Assembly: GCA_963711615.1 (NCBI GenBank)
Contig: CAVQEY010000004.1
Location: forward strand, 38,617-102,616
Reading direction: 5' to 3'
Length of the DNA: 64,000 nt
From: an uncultured Actinomycetota bacterium
Lineage (GTDB): Bacteria; Actinomycetota; Actinomycetes; Propionibacteriales; Nocardioidaceae
Shown here: positions 48,765 to 58,101 of the stretch, in pieces
How the letters are laid out: each line of letters begins with the position of its first letter
Numbering within the stretch: position 1 is the stretch's first letter
Position numbers and translations under genes: made by a program
Notes under the pieces: model-generated
What the model was told of the DNA's origin: nothing
Databases searched by the model: none
The model's input: the letters and a program-made list of their open reading frames with translations, nothing else

Positions 48765-50777
48765 TCACACTGCCCGGCGGGGGTGCCGGGCCCCGGGCGG
48801 CTGAGAAGGTAGAGCATGTGGATCGGCTGGATCGAGCTCGACCTGCGTCTGGGTGACGTGCACTCGCTGAAGACGAAGCGCTCCATCGTGCGGCCGATCG
48901 TCTCCGAGCTTCGACGTCGCTTCCAGGTCACCGCTGCCGAGACGGACCACCTGGACCAGCACCGACGAGTCGGCATCGGTGCGAGCATCGTCGCCGCCGA
49001 CCGCGCCCACGTCGTCGAGGTGCTCGACGCGATCGAGCAGCTCGTCGCCTACCACCCCGAGGTGGAAGTGCTGTCCGCCCGCCGCCACATGGTGACGGCG
49101 GACGACTGACCACATCCGACGATCCTTGCCGCGACGTCCGAGGATGGCCACGCCGACGAGGGCAGCCGCGCCGAGCGCCGTCCACCGGCCTCGGTGCGAC
49201 TCCGGCTTCACGACGGTCACCGGCAAGTCGGCATCACGACCGATCGTGTACGACCACGCTGCTGCCGGTGCAGCTGATGGCACCGGACCGAACAGTCCGA
49301 TCCGACCCATCGACTCGCGATTGGTGAGGATCGACAGGCCGAGGACGGTCAGCATGCCGCCCATCAGCAGTGTCCACAACGACGTGCCGCCCGTGTCGGG
49401 CAGCAGGGCTGCCTTGTCGGGGTCGTCGCCGTCCTCGTCCTCGTCCTCGTCGCATTCCTCGTCCGACTCTTTATCGTCGTCGAGGGCACGCACGTCGCCG
49501 GACCCGTCCTCGTCGGACTCTTCATCGTCGGACTCCTCCGGGCACTCCTCTTCGCCTGGCTCATCGGGGACCTGGCAGTTGTTGAAGTAGATCGTCTGAC
49601 CATCGCCATCCCAGTTCAGACCCGGGAAGGACCCGTTCTCGTGCTCGAACGGCGGGATGATGTCGCCCCAGTCGGACGCACCCGGGAAGAACACCGGAGC
49701 GTCATGCCCGGCGTGACCATTCTGGTTGAGGATGCTGTTCACGGAGACGTTGATCTGGCCCGGCCCGTACGGCTGCTGCGGATTGCTGTCCGCATGGCAG
49801 ATGTCGACCTTCTCCTCGCCGGGCGGCGGCGGCTCGCCAGGCTCCTGGCAGTTGTTGAACCAGAACGCCTGCCCATCGTCATCCCAGTTCAGACCCGGGA
49901 AGGACCCGTCCTTGTGCTCGAACGGCGGGATGATGTCGCCCCAGTTGGCCGCGGGGAAGACCGGACCGGTGTGGGTCGCGTGACCGTTCGGGTTGACGAT
50001 GCTCTGTACCGAGACATTGATCCGCTTGGGACCGTACGGATTCGTCACCGCGGCCCTGGCGTGACAGATGTCGACCTTCTTCACCACGGCAAGCGCGACC
50101 ACGCCTTCGCAGGCGACGGCCGGTGTTTCAGCGGACTCACCCTCCGTAGTTTCCCCCTCGGCCAAGGCCGGGGTGACGATTTCGGTGTCGGTGGAGGCTT
50201 CGCAGGCCTCAGCTGCGGTGCCGCCACCTGGTGCCGACCCGTCAGTCGGGGCGGTGCAGGCGTTGTTGTAGATCGACTTGCCGGTGTCCCAGTTCTGGCC
50301 ACCGAAGCCGCCACCGCTGTAGGTGAACGGCTTGACGATGTCGCTTCTACCGATGCCGGAGCCGTCGAGCACACTCGCCGCACTGACATTGCCGGTGGTG
50401 AACGTGCCGGATCCAGAGGCCTGGCAGACCTTGACGGTCTTGCCGTCGATCGTGGGGCCTAGATCATCGACGGGGTCGGCTTCGCTGGTCAGCGCCTTCG
50501 CCGTGCTCGGTGTCGACCCGCCGCCGCTCTGGTTGGAGCCGGAACCTGGTGTGTTACCCGGTGTCGGCTCACCCGTCGGCGTCTCCGCTGGGGTGGTGGG
50601 GGTCTCCGCGGGCGGCGGAGTCGTCTCCACCGGCGGTGGAGGTGTTTCTGGCGTCGGCTCGCTGGTCTGAGACGGGGTCACCGTCTCGGTGGAACCATCG
50701 CCTTCTTGGGCCACGGCCGGCGACGCTGAGAAAGCGAAGGCGCCCACGATGGCCAGAGCAATGAGAACCCTGCGCAT
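48765..50777 (-). CDS. LPDTG-anchored surface protein with 2 intact and 1 degenerate Cys/His-rich repeats; ORF runs on antisense through DUF503
   Basis: Signal peptide, Pro/Thr/Glu linker, repeats at 50256-50442, 49845-50081 and 49572-49813, acidic tract, LPDTG at 49389-49403 plus TM. Functional end is probably near 49110. Confidence 0.8.
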   Translation of the reverse strand: MRRVLIALAIVGAFAFSASPAVAQEGDGSTETVTPSQTSEPTPETPPPPVETTPPPAETPTTPAETPTGEPTPGNTPGSGSNQSGGGSTPSTAKALTSEADPVDDLGPTIDGKTVKVCQASGSGTFTTGNVSAASVLDGSGIGRSDIVKPFTYSGGGFGGQNWDTGKSIYNNACTAPTDGSAPGGGTAAEACEASTDTEIVTPALAEGETTEGESAETPAVACEGVVALAVVKKVDICHARAAVTNPYGPKRINVSVQSIVNPNGHATHTGPVFPAANWGDIIPPFEHKDGSFPGLNWDDDGQAFWFNNCQEPGEPPPPGEEKVDICHADSNPQQPYGPGQINVSVNSILNQNGHAGHDAPVFFPGASDWGDIIPPFEHENGSFPGLNWDGDGQTIYFNNCQVPDEPGEEECPEESDDEESDEDGSGDVRALDDDKESDEECDEDEDEDGDDPDKAALLPDTGGTSLWTLLMGGMLTVLGLSILTNRESMGRIGLFGPVPSAAPAAAWSYTIGRDADLPVTVVKPESHRGRWTALGAAALVGVAILGRRGKDRRMWSVVRRHHVAAGGQHFHLGVVGDELLDRVEHLDDVGAVGGDDARTDADSSVLVQVVRLGSGDLEATSKLGDDRPHDGALRLQRVHVTQTQVELDPADPHALPSQPPGARHPRRAV
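48816..49109 (+). CDS. DUF503 family protein
   Basis: DVHSLKTKRSIVRPIVSELRRRFQV.AAE.DHLD.HRR..IG. Confidence 0.85.
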   Translation: MWIGWIELDLRLGDVHSLKTKRSIVRPIVSELRRRFQVTAAETDHLDQHRRVGIGASIVAADRAHVVEVLDAIEQLVAYHPEVEVLSARRHMVTADD

Positions 50778-50948
50778 GGGGAGAACCTCTCGGTAAGAGG
50801 AGTGGGAGTACGTCTCAGGCGACACTAGTGCCAGATGCACCGAATTGGGATGAAACGCGCAGAATTCTACGCCACCACCAGGTGCACCTACTGCGAGACC
50901 CGCGCACCCGCAGGGCGTGCGCAGTGCGGCTCACAGGTGACGGCACAG

Positions 50949-50988
50949 AGTTCGTCCGCGCGACCTCACTCGATCGCGCGGACGAACT
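50949..50988. terminator. 15-bp stem hairpin between the two surface-protein genes
   Basis: AGTTCGTCCGCGCGA...TCGCGCGGACGAACT, 11 bp past the 51000 stop. Confidence 0.65.
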
Positions 50989-50999
50989 GACGCGGTGAG

Positions 51000-52016
51000 C
51001 TACAGCTTGACGTGACGTCCAGCGACTGAGCCCTGCATCCGACCCATCGAGCCGTTGCTGAGGATCGCGATGCCGAGGACGGTCAGAAGGCCGCCGGTCA
51101 GCAGGATCCAGGGCGACCCGCCACCTGTATCAGGCAGGGATCCCTCGTCGTCACCGTCGCCGTCGCCGTCGCGGTCATCGTCGCCGTCGTCGCCGTCATC
51201 GCCGTCGTCGTCATCTTCATCGCCAGGAATCTGGCAGTCGTTGAAGAAGATCGCTTGACCGTCGGAGTCCCAGTTCAGGCCAGGGAACGACCCGTTCTCG
51301 TGCACGAACGGCGGGATGATGTCGCCCCACTGCTCTTGGATGCCCGGGAAAAAGACCGGACCGTCGTGCCCAGCGTGGCCGTTCTGGTTGAGGATGCTGC
51401 TCACGGAAGGACTGATCGGCCCGGGTCCGTACGGCTGCTGCGGATTGGCGTCCGCGTGGCAGATGGTGATCTCTTCATCGCCCGGCGGCGGCGGGTCCTC
51501 GTCGATCTGGCAGTTGTTGAAGAAGATCGCCTGGCCATCTTCATCCCAGTTCTGGCCGGGGTAGAACCCGCTCTCGGCCTCGAACGGCGGGATGATGTCG
51601 CCCCAGTTCGGCGCGGGGAAGACCGGACCGTTGTGGGTGTCGTGGCCGTTGTTCGGGTTGAAGATGCTGTTCACCGAGACGGTGATCGCCTGCGGACCGT
51701 ACGGATTGGTCTCCGCGGCCCTGCGGTGACAGATCGTGACCCGCTCCACCACGGCCAAAGCCTGGAACTCGTTCTCTTCATCTGGGGCGTTCCCACCGGC
51801 CTTCGGCTCCGTCGTCTCACGTGCCGACGGCGATTCCTCGACCTCCTCCTGGGACGGCGGGTCCTCAGATGGCGGGTCCTCCGAAGGAGGAGTTGTCGGT
51901 GCCTCGGTCGAGGCGGGCGGCTCGGCGGAGCCGGTGGAGTCTTCCTGTGCGATGGCCGGCGCGGCGATGAAGACGCAGGCAGCGATCATCGCGAGCGCAG
52001 TGAGCACCCTTCTCAT
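51000..52016 (-). CDS. LPDTG-anchored surface protein with 2 Cys/His-rich repeats (paralog of the previous gene)
   Basis: Signal peptide [13 protein letters not shown], repeats at 51507-51746 and 51231-51476, Asp/Gly tract, LPDTG plus TM and tail. Confidence 0.85.
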   Translation of the reverse strand: MRRVLTALAMIAACVFIAAPAIAQEDSTGSAEPPASTEAPTTPPSEDPPSEDPPSQEEVEESPSARETTEPKAGGNAPDEENEFQALAVVERVTICHRRAAETNPYGPQAITVSVNSIFNPNNGHDTHNGPVFPAPNWGDIIPPFEAESGFYPGQNWDEDGQAIFFNNCQIDEDPPPPGDEEITICHADANPQQPYGPGPISPSVSSILNQNGHAGHDGPVFFPGIQEQWGDIIPPFVHENGSFPGLNWDSDGQAIFFNDCQIPGDEDDDDGDDGDDGDDDRDGDGDGDDEGSLPDTGGGSPWILLTGGLLTVLGIAILSNGSMGRMQGSVAGRHVKL

Positions 52017-52141
52017 TGGCGTATCCCCCCGGATATACGAAATGTTCCGTGCGACGCTATCAGATCAGCGCGGCGATTCCGATTGAGGTCATCTTCGAGC
52101 CCGCGGCCGGACATCCGGACTCGACTCGACATACTGGGCAG

Positions 52142-53191
52142 ATGCGAAATCCTCGTGCCTTCCTGCGCCCCTTGGCGGTCGGAGCGCCGACGCCGGTCGC
52201 GGACATCCCGTTCAAGCCGTCACGGATGATCCACTTCTTCGACCCGAGCAACGAGAAGATGCAGGCCAAGGTGCCCGACATCGCGGCGAAGGTCGACATC
52301 ATCCTCGGCAACCTCGAGGACGCCATCAAGACGGAGAACAAGGAGGCCGCGCGGCAGGGCCTCATCGACATCGCCAAGAAGACCGACTTCGGGCAGACCC
52401 AGCTCTGGACCCGCGTCAACAGCCTCGACTCCCCCTGGGCGCTCGACGACCTCACCACCCTGGTGACCGAGATCGGCGACAAGCTCGACGTCGTCATGGT
52501 GCCGAAGGTCGAGGGCGCGCAGGACATCCACTACGTCGACCGCCTGCTCGCGCAGCTGGAGGCGCGGGCCGGGCTGAGCGAGCCGATTCTCGTGCACGCG
52601 ATCCTCGAGACCGCCGAGGGCGTCATCAACGTCGAGGAGATCGCCGGCGCCAGCCCGCGCATGCAGGGCTTGTCGCTCGGGCCGGCCGACCTCGCCGCGA
52701 GTCGTCGCATGAAGACGACACGGGTCGGCGGCGGCCACCCCGGCTATCTGGTGCGCACCGACCCGACGGGCGACGACATCAACGAGGGCCGCAGCACTTA
52801 CCAGCAGGACCTCTGGCACTACACGATCTCCCGCATGGTCGACGCCTGCGCGGCGAACGACATCCTCCCGTTCTACGGGCCGTTCGGCGACATCAAGGAC
52901 GTCGTGGCCTGCGAGGACCAATTCCGCAACGCCTTCCTGCTCGGCTGCGTCGGAGCATGGAGCCTGCACCCCGTGCAGATCGACATCGCCAGGAAGGTGT
53001 TCTCCCCCGATCCCGCTGACGTCGAGCACGCCAAGAAGGTCGTCGAGGCGATGGGCGATGGCTCTGGAGCCGTGATGATCGACGGCAAGATGGAGGACGA
53101 CGCCTCGTGCAAGCAGTGCCAGGTCATGCTCGACCTCGCCAAGGCGCTGGCCGAGCGCGACCCGGAGCTGGCCGAAGCATATGGCCTCTGA
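52142..53191 (+). CDS. mcl: Malyl-CoA/beta-methylmalyl-CoA lyase (Chloroflexus-type, CitE/HpcH family)
   Basis: [99 protein letters not shown]. These match my recollection of the C. aurantiacus Mcl motifs. Confidence 0.85.
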   Translation: MRNPRAFLRPLAVGAPTPVADIPFKPSRMIHFFDPSNEKMQAKVPDIAAKVDIILGNLEDAIKTENKEAARQGLIDIAKKTDFGQTQLWTRVNSLDSPWALDDLTTLVTEIGDKLDVVMVPKVEGAQDIHYVDRLLAQLEARAGLSEPILVHAILETAEGVINVEEIAGASPRMQGLSLGPADLAASRRMKTTRVGGGHPGYLVRTDPTGDDINEGRSTYQQDLWHYTISRMVDACAANDILPFYGPFGDIKDVVACEDQFRNAFLLGCVGAWSLHPVQIDIARKVFSPDPADVEHAKKVVEAMGDGSGAVMIDGKMEDDASCKQCQVMLDLAKALAERDPELAEAYGL

Positions 53192-54053
53192 GCTGCTGCG
53201 GCCCCGCCGCTCCGTCCTGTACATGCCCGGCGCCAACGAGCGCGCGCTCGAGAAGGCCAAGGGCCTCGACGCTGACGCGCTCATCCTCGACCTCGAGGAC
53301 GCCGTTGCTCCCGACGCCAAGCCGGAGGCCCGCGAGCGGGTCTGCGCCGCCGTGCAGTCGGGCGAGTACGGCCACCGCGAGCTCACGATCCGCGTCAACG
53401 GCATCGGCACCGAGTGGCACGAGGACGACCTCGCCGCCGCCGCTCAAGCCGGCCCGCACGGTGTCGTCGTGCCGAAGGTGAACTCGGCCGACGAAGTGCG
53501 CGCACTCGTCGACGCGCTCGAGAAGGCCGGCGCTCCCGACCACACGATGCTGTGGGCGATGGTCGAGACGCCGGTCGCGATCCTGCACGCCGAGGAGATC
53601 GCCGCCGCGCACGAGCGCCTGGCCGTGCTGGTGATGGGCACGAACGACCTGGTCAACGAGACGTTCGCGCTGCACGTGCCCGGACGCGCGCCGCTGGTGC
53701 CGTCGCTGACCATCGCCCTGCTCGCCGCCAGAGCGGCCGGCAAGGTCATCCTCGACGGCGTCTACAACGACGTGAAGAACGAGGAAGGGTTCGCCGCCGA
53801 GGCGCGTCAGGGCCGCGAGATGGGCTTCGACGGCAAGACCCTCATCCACCCGAGCCAGGTCGAGCCCACCAACGAGGCGTTCGCTCCGAGTGAGGCCGAC
53901 GTCGAGCACGCCGGTGAGGTCATCGAGGCCTACGAGCAGGCGCAGGCCGAGGGTCGCGGTGTCGTGACGGTCAACGGCCGCATGATCGAGCACCTGCACG
54001 TGCGCGACGCCCAACGCATCCTCGCCCTGCACGAGGCCATCACCTCCCGCTGA
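53181..54053 (+). CDS. CitE-family CoA ester lyase / malyl-CoA thioesterase (Mcl2-like)
   Basis: [38 protein letters not shown]...[29 protein letters not shown]. Confidence 0.85.
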   Translation: MASELLRPRRSVLYMPGANERALEKAKGLDADALILDLEDAVAPDAKPEARERVCAAVQSGEYGHRELTIRVNGIGTEWHEDDLAAAAQAGPHGVVVPKVNSADEVRALVDALEKAGAPDHTMLWAMVETPVAILHAEEIAAAHERLAVLVMGTNDLVNETFALHVPGRAPLVPSLTIALLAARAAGKVILDGVYNDVKNEEGFAAEARQGREMGFDGKTLIHPSQVEPTNEAFAPSEADVEHAGEVIEAYEQAQAEGRGVVTVNGRMIEHLHVRDAQRILALHEAITSR

Positions 54054-54059
54054 ACGCCA

Positions 54060-54093
54060 ACGGCGGGAGGCGACCATGGTCACCCCCCGCCGT
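54060..54093. terminator. GC-rich hairpin between convergent genes
   Basis: ACGGCGGGAGGCGACC-AT-GGTCACCCCCCGCCGT imperfect stem right after the 54053 stop. Confidence 0.55.
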
Positions 54094-54124
54094 CAGCCAG
54101 GTAGCGGCTCCGAGCCTCACCGCC

Positions 54125-54385
54125 CTACCGGTTCGCGCGAAGCCCGAACAGCTCGTTGTGGATCCGGTCCTGATGCGCGCGCATCTTGCGTCGCTGACGC
54201 ATGGACTCCAGGATCACCGCGCGATCGATCTCGGATGACTCATCCCGGGCGCGCTTCTTGCTGCGGGCCCGACGGGACTCGAAAGTGGCCACGTCCTTCA
54301 CCTCCTCTCCGTCCGTACCGGTCGTCGGTGAGGAGTCGGTGAGGTTCTGTGCGGGTATGAGTCGTGGATCGAGTTTCGTGGTCAT
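54125..54385 (-). CDS. 86-aa basic hypothetical protein
   Basis: Strong RBS AAAGGAGG before ATG 54385; MTTKLDPRLIPAQNL...RRARSKKRAR...MRQRRKMRAHQDRIHNELFGLRANR. Confidence 0.7.
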   Translation of the reverse strand: MTTKLDPRLIPAQNLTDSSPTTGTDGEEVKDVATFESRRARSKKRARDESSEIDRAVILESMRQRRKMRAHQDRIHNELFGLRANR

Positions 54386-54421
54386 AGCGCGCCTCCTTTC
54401 TGGATGTTTGGTTGGTGGGAG

Positions 54422-54459
54422 CAAAAGAAAAACGCTCCGGATCCCTGATCCGAAGCGTT
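54422..54459 (-). terminator. Intrinsic terminator upstream of the 86-aa gene (attenuator)
   Basis: Minus strand AACGCTTCGGATC-AGG-GATCCGGAGCGTT (13-bp stem, one GU pair) followed by TTTCTTTTG. Confidence 0.85.
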
Positions 54460-54481
54460 GACCGACGTACTGACAGAAAAG

Positions 54482-54580
54482 CTACGTCGAAGACACTGCT
54501 CCGGAGATGAGACCGGCGAAGAACATGGCGACATCACGGCGCGACAGGGCCGGCGTGACGGTCATGGCGTACATCTTCAA
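54482..54580 (-). CDS. Putative 32-aa leader peptide (uORF)
   Basis: AAGGAGG, 8 nt, then TTG; MKMYAMTVTPALSRRDVAMFFAGLISGAVSST*; stop lies 22 nt before the terminator stem. Confidence 0.6.
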   Translation of the reverse strand: MKMYAMTVTPALSRRDVAMFFAGLISGAVSST

Positions 54581-54777
54581 GGGGCTCACCTCCTTCGAGT
54601 GCTGGCGCTCCGCAGGGAGCGACTTGGCCACATTAGCGCAGGTCACGACGGCTGTCGAGGGTCCTGGCCGTCTGATCCGTCCAGACCCGGCCAAAAGCCC
54701 TCTCGGAAGTCGAGCCGGGCGAAACATGGGTCATTTCCCTCATGCATCTCGGCCCGGTGCGGTGTGACGCTGTCGAC

Positions 54778-55212
54778 ATGATCATCGACTCATTCAACGA
54801 CCTGAGCTGGGTGGCAGTCGCCGTCGCGACGATCGCCGCCTTCGCCATCGGCCTCATCTGGTTCGCACCGCCCGTGCTCGGGACGCTGTGGGCACGGCAG
54901 GTCTCGCAGTACGCCGGCATCGCCGAAACCGACGTCACAGACGGTGCGGCCAAGGGCACAGCTCTGCTTCCCTGGCTCGTGGCCACGGCGGTCAACGTCG
55001 TCGTCCTTGCGCTGGCGGTGGCGGCGACCGGCACTGACTCCATGGCCGACGGCGTCGTCCTCGGCCTCGTGCTCTCGGTGGGCTTCGGAGCGACGCTGGG
55101 CAGCTGGCCGACGATCTTCGCTCGGCTTCCACGGACCTGGTGGCTGCTCAACTGCGGCGCAGCCCTGCTGATGAACGGGGTGGCCGGAGCGATCCTCGGC
55201 GCCTGGCAGTGA
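54778..55212 (+). CDS. DUF1761-like membrane protein
   Basis: WVAVAVATIAAFAIGLIWF.PP..G..W, four TMs, N-G-L...GAILG.W. Confidence 0.75.
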   Translation: MIIDSFNDLSWVAVAVATIAAFAIGLIWFAPPVLGTLWARQVSQYAGIAETDVTDGAAKGTALLPWLVATAVNVVVLALAVAATGTDSMADGVVLGLVLSVGFGATLGSWPTIFARLPRTWWLLNCGAALLMNGVAGAILGAWQ

Positions 55213-55230
55213 GGCCCCGGAGGGTCGGTT

Positions 55231-56595
55231 TCAGTCCTTGAGCCTCAAGAGGTCGGAGATCAGACCGAACAGATCCGTCTGCTCGTCCAGGTCCGCCACG
55301 GCGGCTGCGTTCGGCCCGTCAGCGCTGATGGGAACCTGGACTCCGGTGTGCGCCTGCGCGCTACCCTTCGGCGCCGAACCGTACGACAACGTCATCGGGG
55401 CGCCCTCGTTCGTGAGCAGCGTGGCCGTCAGGCCCCGGGTGTTCGAACCGGGCTGGACGATCTGACTCGCCTGCCCGTGGTCGGACGTCACCAGGACGGT
55501 GGTGCGCTTGTCCTTCTCGGCGAATGCGCGGGCCGCCTGCACGGCCTCGTCGAGCGCAATCACCTCACCGATCTGTCCGCACGCGTTGGCATCGTGACCG
55601 CTCTTGTCGATGCTCGCGCTCTCCACCTGGAGGAAGAAGCCATTCTCGCCGTCGAGCAGCGAGATCGCCTTCTCGGTCATCTGCGCGAGGCTGGGCTGCG
55701 AGGAGGGACGATTGTCGTTGGGTTCGCAGCGCACCCCCGGCTCCTCGCCGCCGCTGCGGGTTGCCTTGGGGCCGACCCAGCTCACCGGCAGGTTCCCCCG
55801 TGCGAAGAGGCCGAGCAGCGGCGACTTCTGGTCGGCCCTCTCGATCACGGCCAGGGAGTGCACATCCTCGACGAGCTGATAGCCGCGGCGCTCGGCCTGT
55901 TCGAGCAGCGGGACGCCCGCGTCATCGCCGGACTCGGCCTTCTCCTCGAACGTCTCGAGGCCACCGCCAAGTGTGACGTCGGGACGCGTGCGCAGCAGCT
56001 GCTCGGAGATCGAGCCCGACCCACCGTTCTCGAGGGCCGAGTCCGGGCAGGTTTCCGTGGTCTCCTCCGGCCCCTGGCAAGAGCGAGCCGGCACGTGCGC
56101 CACCAGAGCCGCCGGCGTCGCGTCCTGGATGGCAGAAGTGGTGACATTGCCGGTCCGCAGGCCCTTCTTCTTCGCGAGCTCCAGCAATGTCGGCCGTGGC
56201 TTCCCATCGACGTCGATGCCGACCGCTCCGTCGTGCGTCTTGGTACCGGTCGCCCAGGCGGTGGCACTGGCAGCAGAGTCGGCGACGTAATCGGGCGACC
56301 CGTCCCGGCCCACGGAGTGAGTCGTGAACCGTCCGTTGTACGGCAGTGCGTCGACGCCTGGAAGGCGTCCGCCCGTGCCGTACTCGTAGTTGCGGGCCGA
56401 CGTGATCTCCGATTCACCCATGCCGTCGCCGATGAACAGGATGACGTTGCGTGCAGAGGGCTCGTCATCCCGGCCGAACCCGGTGGCCGCGACCGCGACG
56501 GCGGCGGAGGCGAGGACGACCAGGAGGACGACGGCGACGGCGATCGCCCGACGGGGCCGACGAGACCCGGCACGGCGGGAGTGGGACGAACTCAC
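55231..56595 (-). CDS. phoA: Alkaline phosphatase (E. coli PhoA type)
   Basis: NVILFIGDGMG.SEIT.ARNY, DSAASATAWATG.KT (catalytic Ser), DATPAA, FLQVE.ASIDK..H, TSDHG, HTG. Confidence 0.93.
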   Translation of the reverse strand: MSSSHSRRAGSRRPRRAIAVAVVLLVVLASAAVAVAATGFGRDDEPSARNVILFIGDGMGESEITSARNYEYGTGGRLPGVDALPYNGRFTTHSVGRDGSPDYVADSAASATAWATGTKTHDGAVGIDVDGKPRPTLLELAKKKGLRTGNVTTSAIQDATPAALVAHVPARSCQGPEETTETCPDSALENGGSGSISEQLLRTRPDVTLGGGLETFEEKAESGDDAGVPLLEQAERRGYQLVEDVHSLAVIERADQKSPLLGLFARGNLPVSWVGPKATRSGGEEPGVRCEPNDNRPSSQPSLAQMTEKAISLLDGENGFFLQVESASIDKSGHDANACGQIGEVIALDEAVQAARAFAEKDKRTTVLVTSDHGQASQIVQPGSNTRGLTATLLTNEGAPMTLSYGSAPKGSAQAHTGVQVPISADGPNAAAVADLDEQTDLFGLISDLLRLKD

Positions 56596-56636
56596 CGCGA
56601 CAAACTACCCGAGCCACGGAATGCGGACGACGACGG

Positions 56637-57710
56637 TCAGTCGAACTCGAGGCGTTCGTCGATCTCGTCACGGGTGTAGCCGCTCGCGTACAACAGGTCG
56701 GCTGCCAGTGAGCGGATCTGAGCGGCGATCGACGCGCTGTTCATGGTCGCCGCGGTCGGCAGAGCCAACGTGGCCATCCGCGCCGCCTGCACCAGCTCGC
56801 CACGGGCCTCCTCGAAGTCGTCCTGTTCTGAGAGGTCGTCGGCGAAGATGCCGATCGCGCCGGCCAGGGCATCGACCGCCAGGGCCATGTCGGCCGGCAC
56901 CTCCTCGTGATGCCGCAGCAGCGCGGACGTCTTGCGAGCCAGCACGCGTGCGTCACGCACGGCGTTGTCGAGATCGATGACTGTCGTCGTGTAGAGCTGC
57001 ACGTGCGCTCGCTGCCGCCAGCGGAGCGGCGAGATGCGGGCGACCTCGGCGACGTTGTTCGCCGTGGCCTTCATGGAGTCGACGAGCGGCTGCATGTTCC
57101 GTGCGTCGGTCAGGGCGCGATCGGCGAGGGCGGCGTCCTGGTCGCGCAAGGCGGCAGCGACGCGGGTGAGGACGGCCGCCAGTCGGGTCAGGAACTTCTG
57201 CACCTCGACGTCGATGTCACGCACCGGATTGCGTGGAATGAGCAGCACCATCGCGAGTCCGACGAGCCCCCCGACGAGCGCGTCGAGGAACCGGGTCACA
57301 GCCGGGTTGCCTGTACCGGCGAACGGGATCACGGCCGTGAGCAGCACCGATGACGTCGCGGCTTGGGTGAGGGCGAGGCCGGTGAGACCCACCAAGGTGC
57401 CGACGACGACGGCGAGCGCGACGACCAAGGCCATCTGCCATGGCCCACGTCCGATGCCGAGAATGAGCAGCTCACCCACCAAGACGCCGATGGACACGCC
57501 GAGCACGAGCTCGAGGACAGTGCGGACGCGCGCGCCGCCACCGGAGATCAGCGCAACGATGGCGGCGATCGGTGCGAAGAACGCCTGCTGGTGGTCGAGC
57601 ACCTCGGTGGCGATGAAGAACGCGATCGACGTAGCGAGGCTGAGCCGCAGCAGGAGGCGCCACCGGCGTCGGATCGTCACGAGGCGGTCGGCGAAGGAGT
57701 CATCGCTCAT
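56637..57710 (-). CDS. FUSC/aromatic acid exporter family membrane protein
   Basis: FFAPIAA, ELVLGV.IGV..GEL, QAATS.VL, RFLDALVGG, helical C-terminus. Confidence 0.8.
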   Translation of the reverse strand: MSDDSFADRLVTIRRRWRLLLRLSLATSIAFFIATEVLDHQQAFFAPIAAIVALISGGGARVRTVLELVLGVSIGVLVGELLILGIGRGPWQMALVVALAVVVGTLVGLTGLALTQAATSSVLLTAVIPFAGTGNPAVTRFLDALVGGLVGLAMVLLIPRNPVRDIDVEVQKFLTRLAAVLTRVAAALRDQDAALADRALTDARNMQPLVDSMKATANNVAEVARISPLRWRQRAHVQLYTTTVIDLDNAVRDARVLARKTSALLRHHEEVPADMALAVDALAGAIGIFADDLSEQDDFEEARGELVQAARMATLALPTAATMNSASIAAQIRSLAADLLYASGYTRDEIDERLEFD

Positions 57711-57803
57711 CCGCAGTCGCATCCGCCTCAGCGGGATGTCGCGGCCTCTGTTCATCGTCCTGGGCTCAGCGGCGTCAGCGCATCCGACGCATGGTGTGCA
57801 TGG

Positions 57804-58052
57804 TCAGCGCGTCAGACGCCGGATGACGACGAACACCGTGATGACCGCGGCCGCACCGGCGACGACCGGGACGATCGTCTCGAACTTGGGTGACCCCTGC
57901 TCGTCGACGAATCGGCTCTTCAGGCTGTGCAGGCTGCGCTGGGCGATGCTCCGAGGATGGGCACGGTCGACGAGCTCGTCGACCGTGCTGGCCAGTCGCA
58001 TCCGGATCTGCTCGATCTCGTCGACCAGCTCGTCGGTGTCGGACTTGCCCAC
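57804..58052 (-). CDS. DUF3618 family protein
   Basis: EIEQIR.RLASTVDELVDRAHP; C-terminal TM. Confidence 0.8.
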   Translation of the reverse strand: MGKSDTDELVDEIEQIRMRLASTVDELVDRAHPRSIAQRSLHSLKSRFVDEQGSPKFETIVPVVAGAAAVITVFVVIRRLTR

Positions 58053-58101
58053 GGGGTGCCTCGCTCAGCTCGGGAACGTCGATGTTGAAAGGATAGGGCC
58101 C

